Part shown: positions 30,265-32,625 of the stretch, piece by piece
Layout: every line of letters begins with the position of its first letter
How positions within the stretch are numbered: the stretch's first letter is position 1
Origin: Guillardia theta CCMP2712
Taxonomy: Eukaryota; Protista; Cryptophyta
NCBI RefSeq assembly: GCF_000315625.1
Contig: NW_005434643.1
Coordinates: forward strand, 592,855 to 625,479
DNA: 32,625 nt
Reading direction: 5' to 3'
The notes under the pieces: generated by a model
Databases searched by the model: none
Told to the model about the DNA's origin: nothing
What the model saw: the letters and a program-made list of their open reading frames with translations, nothing else
Made by a program: the position numbers and the translations under genes

Positions 30265-32259
30265 TCATCTCTCCTCTCCCTGCTGAGCCTCTTGCTGGGC
30301 CATGGTGGCCCTCCTGGTTGGCCCGTCGACGCCTGCACAAACTTTTCACCCACTCCCTTCCCTGCAACCCTGGCCTACCATGCTTGCCCAGCGTCTCCAG
30401 CTGCTGCTTCCACCTGTCCCACCTGAAGCGAGTGAGATACGTGCCCGCAAACTTGATCCTCACCTGATCGAGTCGTCGCTGCTCCCTGAGAATGGGTCCT
30501 CCAGGTCTCGCTGAACGCTGCCAGGAAGCCGTCAACGATGAAGATCAGGAAGATGCTGAGGGGAAGAGAGCAGAAAAAGTTTTCTAAGATGCTGCTTGGA
30601 GGAGCAGGACGGGCAGGAGGGTATCCGCAGCATTCAACGGTCGTTTCGAGCTCTAGCCCAGCACAAGGACAACAAGTCAAGGTATCATGTTACCGATATA
30701 GGGCAAAGACAATGAAGGTAAACAGCAGGCCCACTAAGTACGCCGAGGCGCACCCGTACCCGGACGTCGCCTCTCCTGCCCACTTGATCATCCTTCCGCC
30801 TCCATGTCACCTCCCAGTGATCACCGTTCTGAATCGGGCTGAACGTGCTTCCTCGAGCAGGGCCGAGGCCGAGCTCGTCCTCTAGGCCCTTCAACATGAG
30901 TGAGACGAGGGAAAGGGGGAGGCAGGTGTAGAGCGCAAGGATGGCACAAGAGATGATGGAGGGGAGGAAGCGAGCAACCATGTTAGGGTCAGTTACCTTT
31001 CCTCCTCCAACAAAGTGCTCTTGGCGACAAAACGATGCCCAGTAAGGTGAGAGCGCGACTGAGAGAGAGAGAGAGAGAGAGAGGAGGTCAGTCCTGGGGA
31101 GAAAGCAGAGATGGTCTGAGGAGCTACCGCAAGATACGTTGATGAGGAAGTAGGAGAAAAGACGGAGACCGACGGAGGTTGAGCTGAATCGAATAGCCCG
31201 GACCTGTTGGCTCTGATTAGATCACAAGGCAAAAGAAGGAAGCTTGACCTCTTCGAACGCCACTGTCAAGTCTTGTATGAACTGCCATGACCTCTGCGTC
31301 GCAGTACCCACCGCCTTGTCGTTGTAATCATAACCGAAGCAACCAAACGAATGTTTCTGTGATGAGTGAGATCTCTGTGAAGAGCGAAAGGGAAAGGAGA
31401 TGGCTGAGATGGCAAACATAGAAGGGCGAGGAAGAATGCGCGGAGGCGGGCGGAGGAAGGGGAACGTGTAGAGGGGGAGGTGACCTGCAACTTTGCTGCA
31501 ATTATGGCAAGGTCGTCGTAGACTAAGTGAGCAGCCGATCGATCGCCAGACACCTCCCCGTCGAAGTTGACGGGCGTTGTGTACTGGACCTCCTTACTGT
31601 TCCTTAGGCAGACCTCGATGTTTCTCACGAGGTTCCTGCGGAGGATTCAGATGAGAAGAGGAAGGCGAGGTCGAACAGGGGAAGTAGGAGAAGGCGACGG
31701 GTGGGGGAAGGGAGGAGGAAGGGAAGGGAAAAGGATGGGGAAGGGTGGTGGTGGTGGAGGTGTCGGTGGAGGTGTTGGTGGAGATGGAAGTGGCGGCGGT
31801 GGCAGTGAAGGTTTGTCGCAACCTGAAATTCGGAAGCACGTCTCGAGAAGCTTCGCCTTTTCCTTCGACGTCAAAGTGAACGAACATGAGGAACAAGCTG
31901 ATGAGATTGCTCTTGATGGTGGCAAGAAGCTCCAGCGCCTTCTCTTTCCTCTTGAATGATGCTCCAACGTTAAAGGTCATCGGGAAAATGCAACCAGCCG
32001 AGAAAATGGCGAACTCAACAGTGAAAGTCACATTGAAAACCTTCCTAGAAACCATGAAGATGCCCAGGATTGTGATGAGCGACATGAACAAGCTCTCTAT
32101 GCTCACGACGAACGCCAGCCCCCGGTAGAGCAGACTGATGATTTTGATGTACTCAGACACGTTCTCTGTCTGCTCCAGTATCTTGAGCTGCCGCAGCTTG
32201 GCCTGTTCGGCAATCCTGTTCTTTGCATCGGAGATCCCGCGCAATAGTTGCGATGACAT
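30265..32259 (-). CDS. Bestrophin-like (RFP-TM/UPF0187-type) membrane protein, multi-exon
   Basis: Two N-terminal TM segments followed by IFPMTFNVGASFKRKEKALELLATIKSN, a helical cytosolic region, two further hydrophobic segments (...AYLVGLLFTFIVFALYR), then VQRDLEDPFSGSSDDSIR, the bestrophin EDPFxxxxDD acidic motif. Stop TGA 30267-30265. Confidence 0.72.
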
Positions 32260-32419
32260 CTGTCTCTTCAGCGATGAGCTTCAGTGATCAGGAAGACTTG
32301 TTCATTCTCCTGCACAGGTATGAGACTGCAGCTTGACCCCTCCCTTCCTGATCCTCTCTGACAGGTCCTCCAATAAACCTCCCATCGTCTCCCCTCACGT
32401 TCTGCACAGTTTGTTCAGC

Positions 32420-32625
32420 CTCCTCTCTCTTCCTCTTGCTTCCAATCTCTTCCTCTCTCTTCCTCTCTCTTCCTCTTGCTTCCAATCTCTTCCAATCTCT
32501 TCCAATCTCTTCCTCTCTCTTCCTATCTCTTCCACTCTCTTCCTATCTCTTCCTCTCTCTTCCTCTCTCTTCTTATCTCTTCCTATCTCTTCCTATCTCT
32601 TCCTTCCTATATCTTCCTATCTCTT
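32420..32625. repeat. Degenerate 10-bp pyrimidine-rich tandem repeat (TCTTCCTATC/TCTTCCAATC/TCTTCCTCTC)
   Basis: 10-nt periodic run to the window end. Confidence 0.85.

Noticed and set aside
27554-32259. PDX2-GNAT-bestrophin, or the whole window, as a functional gene cluster
   Set aside because: No shared pathway, PDX1 is absent, and the genes are unrelated housekeeping functions.

Overview
Intron-rich eukaryotic nuclear DNA, not prokaryotic; most ORFs in the track are artefacts of microsatellites and introns. Short GT-AG introns and two signal-peptide+Phe+transit-peptide presequences point to an alga with a red secondary plastid, most likely a cryptophyte (Guillardia/Hanusia-like; inference). 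Manual splicing gives 12 protein genes and one tRNA, in order: Sel1-repeat protein 3' end (+), GT17/MGAT3-like glycosyltransferase (-), RETICULATA-related DUF3411 protein (+; interrupted by a 100-N gap and an antisense alpha/beta-hydrolase fragment), ChAPs/exomer-type protein (-), D-2-hydroxyacid dehydrogenase (+), PDZ protein (+), plastid FtsY (-), tRNA-Trp(CCA) (+), myristoylated PDZ protein (+), C-terminal J-domain protein (-), PDX2 (-), GNAT acetyltransferase (+), bestrophin-like protein (-). The main unexplained structure is architectural. Genes mostly alternate strand, and non-coding GC-rich palindrome-dense islands occur at all three head-to-tail junctions and at none of the nine convergent or divergent ones. 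Each island is followed, in transcriptional direction, by a GGGGTAGGG..TCGGA-type G/T-rich block before the next start codon. All exon boundaries were placed by eye.
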